Notes under the pieces: generated by a model
What the model saw: the letters and a program-made list of their open reading frames with translations, nothing else
Databases searched by the model: none
Told to the model about the DNA's origin: nothing
Shown: in pieces, positions 25,100 through 37,778 of the stretch
Numbering within the stretch: position 1 is the stretch's first letter
How the letters are laid out: each line of letters starts with the position of its first letter
DNA from: Squalus acanthias
Taxonomy: Eukaryota
Length of the DNA stretch: 64,000 nt
Direction: 5' to 3'
NCBI GenBank assembly: GCA_030390025.1
Contig: CM059437.1
Location: 53,072,001 to 53,136,000, forward strand
Position numbers and translations under genes: made by a program

Positions 25100-28000
25100 T
25101 TATCTACAGCATGACGGGGTTGATGGAGAGCAGCATGAGCCCTGGCCACCAATTCTGCAGTAAGTGTCTGCAACTCGAGGTACATCATTTCAGAGTTGTT
25201 GAGCTGGAGTCCCAGGTACAGACATTCCGATGCATCAGGGAGGGGAGGAAGATACCTGAACATTTTGACCCAGGAGGCAGTCACACCCCTTCGGTTCGGT
25301 AGTGATTCAGATTTGGTTAGTGGTCAACAGGAGGATGTGACTGCGAGTCAGGCAGGAAATGGCAACTCAGATGCAGTGGGGGAGGACTCTCAGCCTTTGC
25401 CCTTGTCCAACAGGTACGACGTACTTGCTACTGGTGTGGATGAGAACAAAGACTGCAGGGAGGATGGGTATTGACCCCGGCACAGTGGTACAGGAGGCCA
25501 TTCAATTAGGGGGAGCGAAAAGGAACCTGGTCGTCGATACTATATTCAGGGGGACAGATACTGTTCTCTGCAGCTATGACCGGGAGTCTCGAAGGCTCTG
25601 TTGCCTGTCTGATGTCAGGGTTCATGTCAACTACTCGCAGCTGGAGAACAGCTTGGAACAGGAGGGGGAGGATCCTGTTGTTGTGGTCCATGTAGGAACC
25701 AACGACACAGCTAGAACTAGGAATGACGTTCTGCTGAGGGAGTTTGAGGAGCAAAATTTCTGAGGTACTAAGTAATCTCTGGATTAATGCCTGAGCAAAT
25801 TCGCATAGGGAGAAACAGAAAAGAGGTTTAATGCGTGGCTGAAAGATGGTGTGGGTGACAGAGGGTTCAATTCATGGGGCAGTGGCACCAGTACTGTGGA
25901 AAGAGGGAGTGGTTCCGTTGGAACTGACTACACTTAAACTGGGCTGGGACCAGTGTCCTGACAAATCGAATAACTAGGGTGGTAGATAGGGCTTTAAACG
26001 AATAAGAGCGGGGGGTGGGGTTCAGGTAAGGATACATTTATAAATCTAAAGAGAAAAGTCAAGGCTGTAGAGTAGAGTAGTGATTTGGGTAAAATCAAGC
26101 AGAGTGTGTCAGGAAGGGGCAGAGAGTTTAACAACGGCAATAGGGCATTGGCGACTGAGGCCACATCAGGCAAAAATAGTAAACAGTTAAAATTAAAGGT
26201 GCTATATCTGAATGCACGAAGCATTCATAACAAGATAGATTAATTAATGGCACATATAGAGTTAAATTGGTTTGATCTAATAGCCATTATTGAGACGTGG
26301 TTCCAAGGTGACCAATGCTGGGAACTAAATATTCCAGCGTATTTGAATTTTAGAAAAGATTGGCAAAATGGAAAAGCAGACGGATAGCAATGATAATAAA
26401 TGAAGAGATAAAAACAGTAGTGAGAACGAATCTTAGCGCAGAAAATCAGGATGTAAAACCACTATGGGTGGAGCTAAGAAATAACAAAGGGCAGAAAACA
26501 CTGGTGGGACTAGATTATAGACCCCATCAGATTAGTTATTGTGTTGGACAGAGTAGGTCCCTTAGGGGCACAGACAGAAGAAATTACAATGGGGAATAAG
26601 GAAATAGCAGAGACATTAAACAAATATTTTGTATCTGTCTCACGGTATAAGACAGAAAAACATAATGGAAACTGTGGAGAACCAAAGTAATGATGAGAGT
26701 GAGGAACTTCAAGTAATTAATATTTGTGAACAAAAAGTACTGGAGTAATTAATGGGATTAAAAGCCGACAAGTCTCCTGATGGCCTTCATCATTGGATTT
26801 CAAAAGAGGTGGTAGCAGAGATGTTGGCTGCCTGGTTTTGTTCTTCCAGAATTCCCTAGATTCTTGACCAGTCCCCGTGGATTGGAAGGTAGGAAATATA
26901 ACCCCACTGTTCAAGAAAGGAGGGAGAGAGAAAACAGGGAACTATAAACCAGTTCGCCTGACATCAGTAGTAGGGAAAATGCTAGAATCTATTATAAGGG
27001 ACGGGGTAACAGGGCACTTAGCAAATCATAATATGATTAGGCAGAGTCAACACTATTTAATGAAAGGGAAATCGTGTTGGGCAAATCAATCAGAGTTTTT
27101 TGAGGGTGAAACCGACAGGGCGGATAAGGGGGGACCAGTGTTTGTAGTATATTTGGATTTTGAGACGACATTTGATAAGGTGCCACACAAGAGGTTGTTG
27201 CACAAGATTATAGCTCATGGGATTACGAGTAATATATTAGCATGGATTGCGGATTGGTTAGTGGGGAGAAAAAAAAGAATGGGAATAATTTCGGGGTTGG
27301 CAGGTTGTAACCAGTTGTGTGCCGCAAGGATCAGTGCTTGGATCTCAGCTATTTACAATCTATATCAATGACTTAGGTGAGGGGGCCGAGTGTAATGTGT
27401 CAAAGTTTGCTGATGACGTAAAGCTAGGCGGGAAAATAAGCTGGAAGGGGGATGCAATTAGGCTACAAAGGGATATAAACCAGTTAATAATTGGGCAAGA
27501 AGGTGGCAGATGAAATATAATGAGGGGAAATGTGAAATTATCCACTTTGGTAAGAATAGAAAAGTTGAATATATTTTAAAAGTTGAGAGACTAGTTAATG
27601 TTGGTATTCAGAAGGATTTGTGTATTCTTGTACACGAATCACAGAAAGTTAACATTCAGGTACAGCAAACAGTTAGGAAGGCAAATGGCATGATAGCCTT
27701 TATTGCAAGGGATTGGAGTATAAGAGTAAGGAAGTCATGCTGCAATTATATAGGGCTTTGGTGAGACCGTACCTGTGTACACTTTTTTCCCTTTACCTAA
27801 GGAATTATATACTTGACTTAGAGGGGTTGCGCCGAAGGTTCACTAGGTTGATTTCTGGATGAGAGGGCTGTCCAATGAGGAGAGATTGAGTAGAATATAT
27901 TCTCTGGAGTTTAGAAGAATGAGAGGTGATCTCATTGAAAATATATAATTCTTAAAGGGCTTGACAGGGTAGATGCTGAGAGGCTCGTTCCCCTGCCTGG

Positions 28001-28315
28001 AGAGTGTAGAACTTGTGGTCATAGTCTCAGCGTATGGGGTCGGCCATTTAGGACTAAGATGAGGAGAAATTTCTTCACTCAGTGGTTTGTGAATCTTTAG
28101 AATTCTCTATCCCCAGAGGGCTGTGAATGCTCAGTCGTTGAGTATATTCAAGACTGAGATCAATAGATTTTTGTGCACTGATGCAGTCAAGGGATATTGG
28201 GATAGGGCGGGAAAGTGGAGTGAACTAGAAGATCATCCATGATCTTATTGATTGGCGGAGCAGGCTGGAGCGGCTGTATGGCCTACTCGTGCTCTTCTTT
28301 TTTATGTTCTTATGT
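25100..28315 (+). mobile_element. Near full-length degenerate CR1 including ORF1 (zinc finger/leucine zipper and SGNH esterase) and ORF2
   Basis: CSKC...VELESQV and VVVHVGTND in ORF1. NYKPVRLTS and FADD in ORF2. 3' tail TTATGTTCTTATG. Confidence 0.85.
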
Positions 28316-29670
28316 ATATTAGATGGCTTTCCCAAGATGATGGAAGACATGGAGCCGGGAATTAACGAGTATTAAGGGACGCTCTGTGTTCCTCCAAATC
28401 TGGACACTTGTGCATCGCCCACTTCATTCACTCCACCATTGACAGTCCCGTTTTGAGCCGTATAGACTCTAAGCTTTGAATTTCCCTGCCTATATGTCTC
28501 CACCTCTCCGCGCCTTTCTCCTGCCTTAAAACAGAGCATCGCGCACAGTGGGGAAGCCTATCGAACATCGCGGGAAAGGCACAGCGATTTTCTGATATGA
28601 CACCCGTTATCTGGGAGACACCATTGATGGTGACGACTAACGAGCCCAATATTTAATGCAGAACTGCCTGCCGTTTGGGTGGAAGGCTTGAAGCTACACG
28701 GCGAAGAAAAGTCCCATAGTATGCAAATCTGAAAGGTGAAATGGAATGCGGGTATGAGGATTATCAGGTGCTGCAGTTGGAAATACGATGAAGTATTTTT
28801 TTCAACGCCTTGCTTACACTTTTCCTTCAGTAGTTTGGAATCATGGTTAAGAATGCAGGGCGTGCTGCATAAATCAGAAGCTGTATTGTTTTGGGCATCA
28901 ATGTAACATTGGAAGTAAGGCAGGCAACCTCACGTCCTAACAAGGGACCCACTTCTGGGACAAGTGGTCTACTGCTGGTGATTTCGGCGAGGGAGAGTTG
29001 AGTACTGTGAGAAGCTGGAGTTACTACCATGTGAGAACAGACAGTAATTTCAATACAATTTATACACAGATGGGCAGTCAGCTGACACTTCTATAAATGT
29101 AAGTTACTTCTTGCTTTGACGGCTTCAACCACCACTGAAATGTTTCAACTTTCTGCTTTTTGAGCTAATCCCACCATTAAATTAAATTACAAAACTATTT
29201 CTAACTCAATATGGGAAGATGGGACACATAGTAAGAATTTTCATTATTGTGATTAATAGGATTTTTAACACCAGATCACAAAATATATACGTGCTGACAT
29301 ATACTCCATTTGTACTCTCACTGTGTATACATTTATGTCTAGATTCTCTAAATGCTGCTTTAATCCATGTTGGAATTAAATCAATAGTGTTAAATGCAAA
29401 CACAGTTAATTTACAAAAACGCTTTGACATTAAATGTGTGAAGAAGGTGAGGACTGAATTATTTCGATGTTCGATTTCTGCTTGTGCTAGCTAATTACTG
29501 AAATGTAATAACGATTATACATCAAGTCAAATTGGATGTAAAGGATGGGGTCATGAGCGCAATGCATTTGCAAAGCTATAAATGTTCTCAATGGCTATCA
29601 GTGCTAAACCGAATCGCTTATCCCCAACACTCACTCACAAAACACACCGCATAACACATGCATATCATTG

Positions 29671-29676
29671 TTTATT
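29671..29676 (-). terminator. Polyadenylation signal of IgL cluster A
   Basis: AATAAA on the minus strand about 190 nt after the C stop, followed by a GT-rich element. Conserved at 48454-48459. Confidence 0.8.
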
Positions 29677-29863
29677 AAACAAATGTTTCTACATCACAAT
29701 TACAAGGTTACAGGTTTGTGCCACAATGTGAATAGATTTAAATCACTATAATAGGTCAGGCGCATGAAAATAGAAAGAAATGCATTGTCAATAACTAAAC
29801 CTCGATTTCGAGCATAAACACGCGATGAATAACAGTTTGCACCGAGTGGGCGGGTTTTCTCTT

Positions 29864-30192
29864 TCACTCGCAGCCTGATCTCTTGATCCTTTGCTTGAGT
29901 TGAGACCCGAGAGACTCATGTGTAACCCCGCAGGTGTACACTTCGTGTGAGTTCCACTCGGTGGCGGACAGGGTCAGATAACTGCTCACACTGTACGTCT
30001 GGTCGGTGTCCCGTACGGCCCGAGTTGTCTGGACACCAGTGTCCGTGATCTTGCCGTCTACGCTCCATGAAACTTCCACCGAACCCGGAAAAAAGTTATT
30101 CACCAAACACACCAGGGTCGCCGCATTTGCTGCAGAGATCTGATCGGACGCTGGCGGGAGAAGCGACACCGAAGGGCTGGACGATTCTCTGG
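29864..30192 (-). CDS. IGLC: Immunoglobulin light chain constant exon, lambda-like (cluster A)
   Basis: PSVSLLPPASDQI...ATLVCLV...W...SVSSYLTLSATEWNSHEVYTCGVTHE...GCE stop. This is a C1-set domain with a penultimate Cys. Acceptor TTACAG, phase 1. Confidence 0.97.
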
Positions 30193-30266
30193 CTGTAATG
30201 AAAAGGATTGTGCTTATTAAAGAAAAATACTGTAATCGTATAACATACATTACACACACGTACAAT

Positions 30267-30712
30267 GCAACTCCATGCTCAGTGGTAGCACACTCCGCCG
30301 CTGAGCCAACAGGTTGTTGGTTCAAGTCCCATGCCAAAGACTAGGCTGTCACGCCAGTGCAGTACTGACTGAGAGCTGCATTGGCCGAGATGAAGTCTTT
30401 TGGATGAGACATTAAACTGTTGTTAAGCAGCCGTCGCAGGTGGCTGTAAAAGACCCTGTGGCACTATTTCGCAGAAGAGCAGGCGAGTTCTCCCTGGTAT
30501 CCTGGCCAATATTTATCCCTCAACCAACATCAGTAAATCAGATTTTTTCTGGCCATTATCACATCGCAATTTGTGGAGCCTTGCTGTGCCCAGATCGGCT
30601 GCTACTTTTCCAAATTACAACAGTGACTACACTGCATAAGTACTTCATTTGCTGTAAAGCATTTCCCTGAGGTCATGAAAGGCGCTATATAAATACAAGT
30701 TCCTTCTTTCAT
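30267..30712 (+). mobile_element. Deu-SINE (SacSINE1-like) in the J-C intron
   Basis: tRNA-like head with an A box (GCTCAGTGG) and a B box (GGTTCAAGTCC). The tail AAAGGCGCTATATAAAT is shared with local L2 elements. Confidence 0.85.
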
Positions 30713-32174
30713 TTTCTTCCTTAAATCACAGCAACGTAATATAGAAGTAATCACATTCTTTGAATCGAATGGCCAGACCCTTATTGTCAATTTGACATCT
30801 TTCTACGGGACAAACCTAAGATCAGTATTCTCAGTATCACACAAAAATCCTTTCTTTACAAAGGGATTTACGATTTCCTTACATATAGTACAGAGAGGAA
30901 TGTTCCCACACAGGGGTCAAATTAAGATTTAATAACTGCCACACCACGATTCATTTCAGAAGAAGAATCTTTAAATATTGACTAACATGTGGTTGTAAAA
31001 GAACTCGAGAATTATGTTCACATACAGAGCAGTAAAATGTTTGCTACCTTGATGAATATTAAATTAACAATATGTAAAACTGAAAAAAAATATCCTTTCA
31101 CGCCGTTTCTGCAGGGTTTACACCAATGGTCACGCAAGAAATCCGGGAGAAAATTCAATGGAAATCCTACCCCATTGTGTTTACCATGGCAATATTTGCA
31201 AACAGACTTGTAACTTTTGGTTGAAATCAAAATCATATTTTGACACTGATACCAAATAATACGTGGAAGGCAGAAAACAGATATTTCCAACAGTATTGCA
31301 GTTTATAGCTTTACGGTATGAATGGGCGTCAGTCCAACCTCCCCATATCAGGGATTACATGTACCTGTGCATACTTGCACTCAAATTATATATAAATTCG
31401 CAACCATAAATTCCCAGCAGCCTTTTATATATCGAAGTTCCAACTAAGAAAAACAACGGAAAGTCGTCGACTTCAGATTAACTTATCGAAGAGTTTTCTC
31501 TCTGAGCTCTATATGTAATGAAATACAAACCCTCTCTTTATGAAAGAAATTCGTTACACATAGCGAACCTTTCTCCTGGTGAGAAACAGTACCTGTATCG
31601 AAAGTATGTTTTGAGCTCGGTGTTATTTGGGGATATTAGACAAGCTCCTGGTGATTCTTAATCTCCTCGTACGAAATTAACATCTGTTAAAATTTCTCAG
31701 TCCACCAGAAATTAAGGGAGGCACCGATATGCTTTCTCTCTCTCGCTCTCTGTATCTGTCTACCCCTGTCTATTTCTCTTTGCCTTTCTCTCTGTCTCTC
31801 TCTTACTCTTTATCTCTCCGACTATTTGACTCTCTGTTTTTGTATATTTGCTGTTCGTGCGACACTTTTAATTATGTTTTTAACACCGATTTTTACAATC
31901 TATGAAACATTTCTATTGTTCACGATCTCTGCTTGAAGGGTGAAACTAATCATAGAATTAACCCATCGTTTCTTTAAGATTTGAAAATGTGATTGCTTTA
32001 TGCCCCTAATAAACCAATCACTGTTTAAACCTTGGTTGTAACCTACAGCACCAATTGTTTCATCTGCCTCATATTATTACATTAATAATCCAAATGAGAA
32101 TGTATTTGACTATTTGTTACATAAAATTGAAAAAAATACAATTGTACAGAACGAATCTAGGAAAAGTTACTTAC

Positions 32175-32521
32175 TCAGAACAGTCAGCTTGGTGCCTCCA
32201 CCCAAGTTAAAGCCGGAGCTCCACCAACCACAATAATAATCGGCGTCGTCCTCGGGTTGAACACCGCTGATGGTTAAATATTGAGCGTTGGTGACGATTG
32301 ACTCCTTCCAGAGAATCGATCAGGAATCCCGGAACCCTTGCTATCGCGATTAAGATCATGATAGAGTAGAAATCGAGGAGCATTCCCGGGTTTCTGCTGG
32401 TACCATCCTATGTCATTGTTTCCCAAATTACCCCCAGACACGGTGCAGCTTATTTTCACCGTTCCTTGCGGCGCGATGGATAACGACTGCGGTTGAGTTA
32501 ATGTAATCTGCGCGTTTGAAC
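32175..32521 (-). pseudogene. IGLV: Germline-joined VJ exon of IgL cluster A, with a 1-nt deletion in FR3
   Basis: QITLTQP...C...WYQQKPG...GIPDRFSG, then a frameshift near 32293. The restored frame gives [35 protein letters not shown] and donor GTAAGT. No RSS between V and J. Confidence 0.93.
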
Positions 32522-32643
32522 CTATAGAAAGATGGAGCAATATTAGAGGCTGGACTTCATATGATTAATATCGTCACTTTACATCTCTATACAACAAAAG
32601 ATTATTCACAATGAATCCAACGAAAAGCTTGCTGAATACTTAC

Positions 32644-32692
32644 AGACTGCGCAAATTATCAGCGTTGTGATGACACGCACCCACTCGGCCAT
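32644..32692 (-). CDS. IgL leader exon, cluster A (MAEWVRVITTLIICAV)
   Basis: 49-nt ATG exon encoding a hydrophobic signal peptide. GTAAGT donor, 122-nt intron, phase matches the VJ exon. Confidence 0.9.
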
Positions 32693-32764
32693 CGTGAATT
32701 CAGTTAGGCTCAGAAACCTCGGCAGTTTGCAGGCAGAAGGGATTAATGTTTACCAGGCTCGCCT

Positions 32765-32880
32765 TCTCTTATCAATGTTATGAATGAGGGCGTATTACCA
32801 CGTGTTCCTTAATTATGCAAATGACGGCTGACGTTACGAATCCCAATTGAACATCTATGATCAGGCCTCCACGTCACAAG
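32765..32880 (-). promoter_or_regulatory. IgL V promoter A: octamer ATTTGCAT (32815-32822), E-box CACGTG, CRE-like TGACGT
   Basis: Perfect octamer about 125 nt upstream of the ATG in light-chain orientation. Conserved in cluster B. Confidence 0.85.
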
Positions 32881-33524
32881 ACTTCCAAACTGGAGAAGGG
32901 GACATTGGAAGACAGAACCGAACTATAGTGTGATGCTGTACATCACGCACCTCATTTATTAATAAGTATATTAACCTGTTGCAAATTATAATTGTGTAAA
33001 CAGCGTAAAGAAGCCATTATATTTCGCAAATCCACAAGGTATATATTTTTGAACTTTTCTTTTACACATGTCAGATATAAAGCAACTTTAATCGCTATTT
33101 GCGCCCTTCTAAAGGCAGTGCTGTCCTAACTGTGCAATGTATAACGACAATTGTCATACACTTAGAGATAAATCCGTAGAAATTCAGCTACATTCCTGCA
33201 GAATATAGCTAGATTATATATTATCTTTACAATGAAGTAACATTTTACAAAGAACTCAAAGATGTTAGCACACTGTGGTTTATTTGAGCCTTCTCTACTG
33301 GTTGCATTTACGCAGCAATATCTTAAAGAGAAAGCTTTAATCTAATTTATACCACACATTGATATATGTTTCTTCAATTCAAACATCAGATAATTTAGCA
33401 GGAAAAATTAAACATTCTGTCACTGAAGTTATTCCTGTTTTAAAGATTCTGAAGCACTGGTATATCTTTGGGTTTGTTATACCTGTGCGATTTGAAACTA
33501 CATGGAAATGAAATAATTCGCACT

Positions 33525-34270
33525 ATGATGGAGAAATCTGCAAACACACGGCAGGTTAAATTTAATGCAGGGTAGTGTGAAGTGATTCATTTGTGTAGAA
33601 AGAAAGAGGAGACGCAATATAAACTAAATGGTACAATTAAGGAGGGTACAGGAACAGAGAGACCTGGGGGTGCACGTAAACAAGTCTTTGATGGCAGCGG
33701 GACAAGTTGAAAAGGCTGTTAAAAAGGCACACGAGATCATTGGCTTTATAAATAGAGGTATAGAATACAAAAGCAAGGAAGCTATGCTAAACTTTTATGA
33801 AACTCTGGTTAGGCCCCAGCGGGAATATGGTGGCCAATTCTGGGCAACACACTTTAGGAAGCCTGTCAAAGCCTTAGAGAGGGTTCAGAGGAGATTTACT
33901 AGAATGGTACCAGGGATGAAAGACTTCAGACACGTGGAGAGACTGGAGAAGCTGGGGTTTTTCACCTAGGAGCAGAGAACGTTAACGGAAGATTTGATAG
34001 AGGTGTTCAAAATCATGAGGAGGTTTATAGAATAAATTAGGAGAAAATGTTTCCAGTGGCGGAAGAGTCGGTAAGTAGAGGACTTAAGGGAATTGGCAAA
34101 AGAACCAGAGGCGACGTGAGAAAAAAAAATCACGTAGCAAGTTGTTATAATCTGGAATGCACTGCCTGAAAGATTGGTGGAAGTAGATTGAATAATAACT
34201 TTCAAAAGGATAAATACGTGAAGTGGGGAAATGTGCAGGGCTATGACCTCCTTCTTTGCTGTATCATTCC
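33525..34270 (+). mobile_element. CR1 3' fragment predating the cluster duplication
   Basis: ORF 33628-33969. Paralogous copy at about 53483-54230. Confidence 0.85.
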
Positions 34271-36562
34271 GTAATCGTCCAAAACCACAGGTTTCTTTAC
34301 ATAACGGCCTCATTCAACTCATTCCAGTCACCTGGTTACAGAATATGTCAGACAAGTATCTTTGACTTTATTGGTTGATTCATCCTTAAAGTGGAAAGTA
34401 TCATGCCAATCAACCGGCTGAAAGCAAAAAAAAAAAGCATTATGCAGTTCACACTGTCGTTTCTTCTTTTTACCACCGGCTCACAGCTTTAAAGTTTATT
34501 TAAATATTCATGTCAAATACATCTGAATCTGCGAAGAATTGCACATTTAAAGGGCAGATCTGAGGTATACGTTTGTTGCAGCAGGATTAAAAATTAATTA
34601 TAATAATGTACACGTCCAGCGAATATTTACCAGATTTAGACTTTATGGTATTTTGCTTGTGCGTCATTTGTTAAACCAGAAGTGTAACCTCACACAGACC
34701 CGTTTTATATAAAAATATCCGCAGCTACATTTATGTAGACCGACCATTAATTAAACAAAACCTCGCATGGGTATTCTCCATTACAAACTTTATGTGAGGC
34801 ATGAGGGGTTCATGAGTCTTTCTTTATCACCAGTCAATTATCCTATGAACACCTGAAACTGCAGTTACCATTGCCGTTCGGTCAACAATTGGACGAGGGT
34901 GGATTAGAAATGCCCCATTTTACTTTTAATTTATCATAAATTGGGTAACTAATCAATATGAGTCGTACGTTTCAGGGTTTCTTTTCAACCATTTATCCAC
35001 AGAAAGGATTCGATTTCTAAAGCAAAGTCTAGTCATACACGGTCAAAAAATGAGAGGAATGGTAATATCTAGTCCTTAAGATTGCAGTCCCCAAAGATCA
35101 TACACAACAAACAATTATTTAGCCTATATATGCAATCAATACATACCTCACACCCACTGTATTGGGAAGTCTCTGGTCCAGGGTGCCCAACAGCGTCTGT
35201 CTGATCTTTCCAATCCATCAGTTAAAATTAGATCTAGATAACACAGTAACAGATAGTGATAATCACATTCTTTAACCGAAAGCTGTGATGGAAGGATTTC
35301 ACTCTGCACTAAAGTTTGAAATGTAGGGAGAGAGGTAGAAGTAATTCTACTTAATTCAAGCAGAATCGCCCACTGATGTATTATAACATGAAGAGAAGTT
35401 GTGCCGATTAAATCAAGTGAGTCTGATCTTAACTGTTACTCTTTATTCTCGCTTTCAATGAAATAAAACAGTATATGGATTTGTATCGCATCTTTTTTTC
35501 ATTCTCTGGATATGGGCATCGCTGGCAAAGCCAGCATTTATTGCACATCCCTAGTTTCCATTGGGAAGGCGGTAGTGGGCCTTCTCCTTGATCCAATACA
35601 CTCAATGTAGTGAAGGTGCTCCCATAGTGCTGTTAGGCAGGCAGTTTCAGAGATTTCAAATAGCGATTATGAAGGAACAGTTACGCGTGTACAAGTCAGA
35701 ATGGTGTGTGACTTGGAGGGGAAGTTGGAGGTAATGGCGCTCCCATGCGCCTGCTGCTATTTTCATTCGAAGTGATGGAGTTCACAGGTTTGTGATATGC
35801 TGTCGAAAAAACCTTGGTGAGTTGCTGCATTGCATCCTGTAGATAGCACACACTGCAGCCACGATGCACCCGTGGTGGAAGGAGCGGAGGTTTAAGGTGA
35901 TGGATCAGCTGCTGATCAAGTGGAGTACTTTTTCCTGGATGGTGTCGAGCTTCTTGAGTGTTGTTGCAGCTGCACCCAAGCAAATGGCGAGTATTCCATC
36001 ACACTCATGACTTTGTGCCTTATAAGTGGTAGAGAGGCAGTATGGTGTCAGGAGGTGAGAGATTTGCCGCGGAAAACCCAGCCTCTGATTTGCACTAATA
36101 GGCACGGCATTTATTTGGCTGGTCCAGTTAAGTTTCTGGTCAATGGTGTTCCCAGGATGTTGATGGTCGGGGATTCGGTGATGGCAATCCCACTGAATGT
36201 AAAGGGAGGTGGTTATGCTATCTCTTGTTGGATGCAGGCATAGACTGCTTAATTACCTGAGGAATTGCGAATGGAGCTGAATACTGTGCAATCATCAGCC
36301 AGCTTCCCAGCTTCTGATCTTATATTGGAGGGAAGGTCACCAATGAAGCAGTTGAAGATAGTTGGGCCTGGGATTCTGCCATTAGGAACACTCGCAGCAA
36401 TGCTCTGAGGCTGACATGATTGGTATCAAACAACCATAGTCATCTTTGTTTGTGCTACTTATGACTCCAGCCACTGGAGAATTTCCCCCAATCCCCATTG
36501 ACTTGAGTTTTACCTTCGTGCCACACTCGGTCAAATGTTTCCTCAATATCAAGGGAAGTCAC

Positions 36563-36731
36563 CAATGTTCCCGTTAAGCTGCGTGGCCACATGGCCACGC
36601 AGCACTCTGGAGGTCCCGTGCAGGCCGCTCACGGACTTTACAATGTAAGAAACCGCGCATACGCGAGAAATTGAATGGGCCACGAGGCCAGTTAAAGGTC
36701 CCGTGCACCAAAAAAATTACAGCAATCGTTG
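36563..36731. mobile_element. hAT-type MITE
   Basis: 8-bp TSD GAAGTCAC (36555-36562 and 36732-36739). Termini CAATG and CGTTG. Confidence 0.8.
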
Positions 36732-37778
36732 GAAGTCACTCTCACCTCAGTGCTGGAATTCAGCTCTTATGTTCATGATTAGGCAGAAGGATCATCCACT
36801 CTGCTCTTCTGGCCGACGGTGGTTATGAATGTTTTGCCTTGTCTTTTGTACTCACGTGCTGGGCTCTGCCATCATTGAGGATGGGGATGTACATGGATCC
36901 TCCTCTTCATTTTCGTTGATTAATTGCCCACCACCGTTCACGACTTGATGTGGCAAAGCAGCAAAGCTTTGACCTGATCCGTTGGTTGTGGGATCACCTT
37001 GCTCCATATATAGCATGCTGCTTCCACTGTTTAGCATGCATGTAGTCCTGTGTTGTAGCTTCACCACGTTGGCACCTCATTTTCAGTTACACTTAGTGCT
37101 GCATCCAGCACTCTCTTCTTCACTCCTCGTCGAACCAGGGTTGGTCATCTGGCTTGATGGTTATGTTGGAATGAGGCATATGACAAGCCATGAGATTACA
37201 AATTGTAGCCGAATACATTTCTGCTGCTGCTGATGGCTCACAGCACCTCATGCAGGCCCAGTTTTGAGCTGCTAGCACTGTTTATAGTCTATCTCTCTTT
37301 GCACGATGGTAGTGCCACACAACACGATGGAGGGTATCCTTAGTTTGAAGATGGGACTTGGACTCCACAAGAATTGTGCGGTGGCCACTGTTACCAGTAA
37401 AGTCATGGGCAGAGTCATCTGAAATAGCTGCATTAATGAGGGCGAGGTCAAGTAGGGTTGTTGTGTTGGTTCTATCACCATCTGCTGCAAGCCCACCCTG
37501 CAGCTATGTTCTTCAGGACATGGCAAACTTATTTAGTGGTGGTACTACCAAGCCAATCTTGGTGATGAACATTGAAGTATCCCACCCAGAGTAATAAGAA
37601 CTGTGCCCTTGCTATCCTCAGTGCTTTCTCCAAGTGTTCTTCAACATGGAGGAGTACTGATTTATCAGCTGAGGGGGGGGAGAGGTAATCAGCAGGAGGT
37701 TTCCTTGCCCATGACTGCCCTGAAGACTTGAGACTTCATGGGGTATGGAGTCAATGTTGAGGCCTCCCAGGGCCACTG

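Larger units (their letters stand above)
28790..35545. repeat. Segmental duplication unit carrying IgL cluster A (paralog 47595-55500)
   Basis: Collinear similarity of the 3' flank, C exon, intronic SINE, VJ, leader, promoter, upstream CR1 and upstream unique sequence. Confidence 0.95.

Noticed and set aside
29864-30337. N-terminal hydrophobic extensions of the C-exon ORFs (also 48645-49148) as stand-alone lambda5-like proteins
   Set aside because: The extensions are read-through into intron, SINE or L2 sequence, differ between paralogs, and a canonical splice acceptor explains the exon.
33270-33290. CACTGTG followed by GTTTATTTG upstream of V-A, as a leftover RSS or signal joint
   Set aside because: No 12/23 spacer, wrong heptamer-nonamer order, and the heptamer is not conserved in cluster B (CACTGCG).
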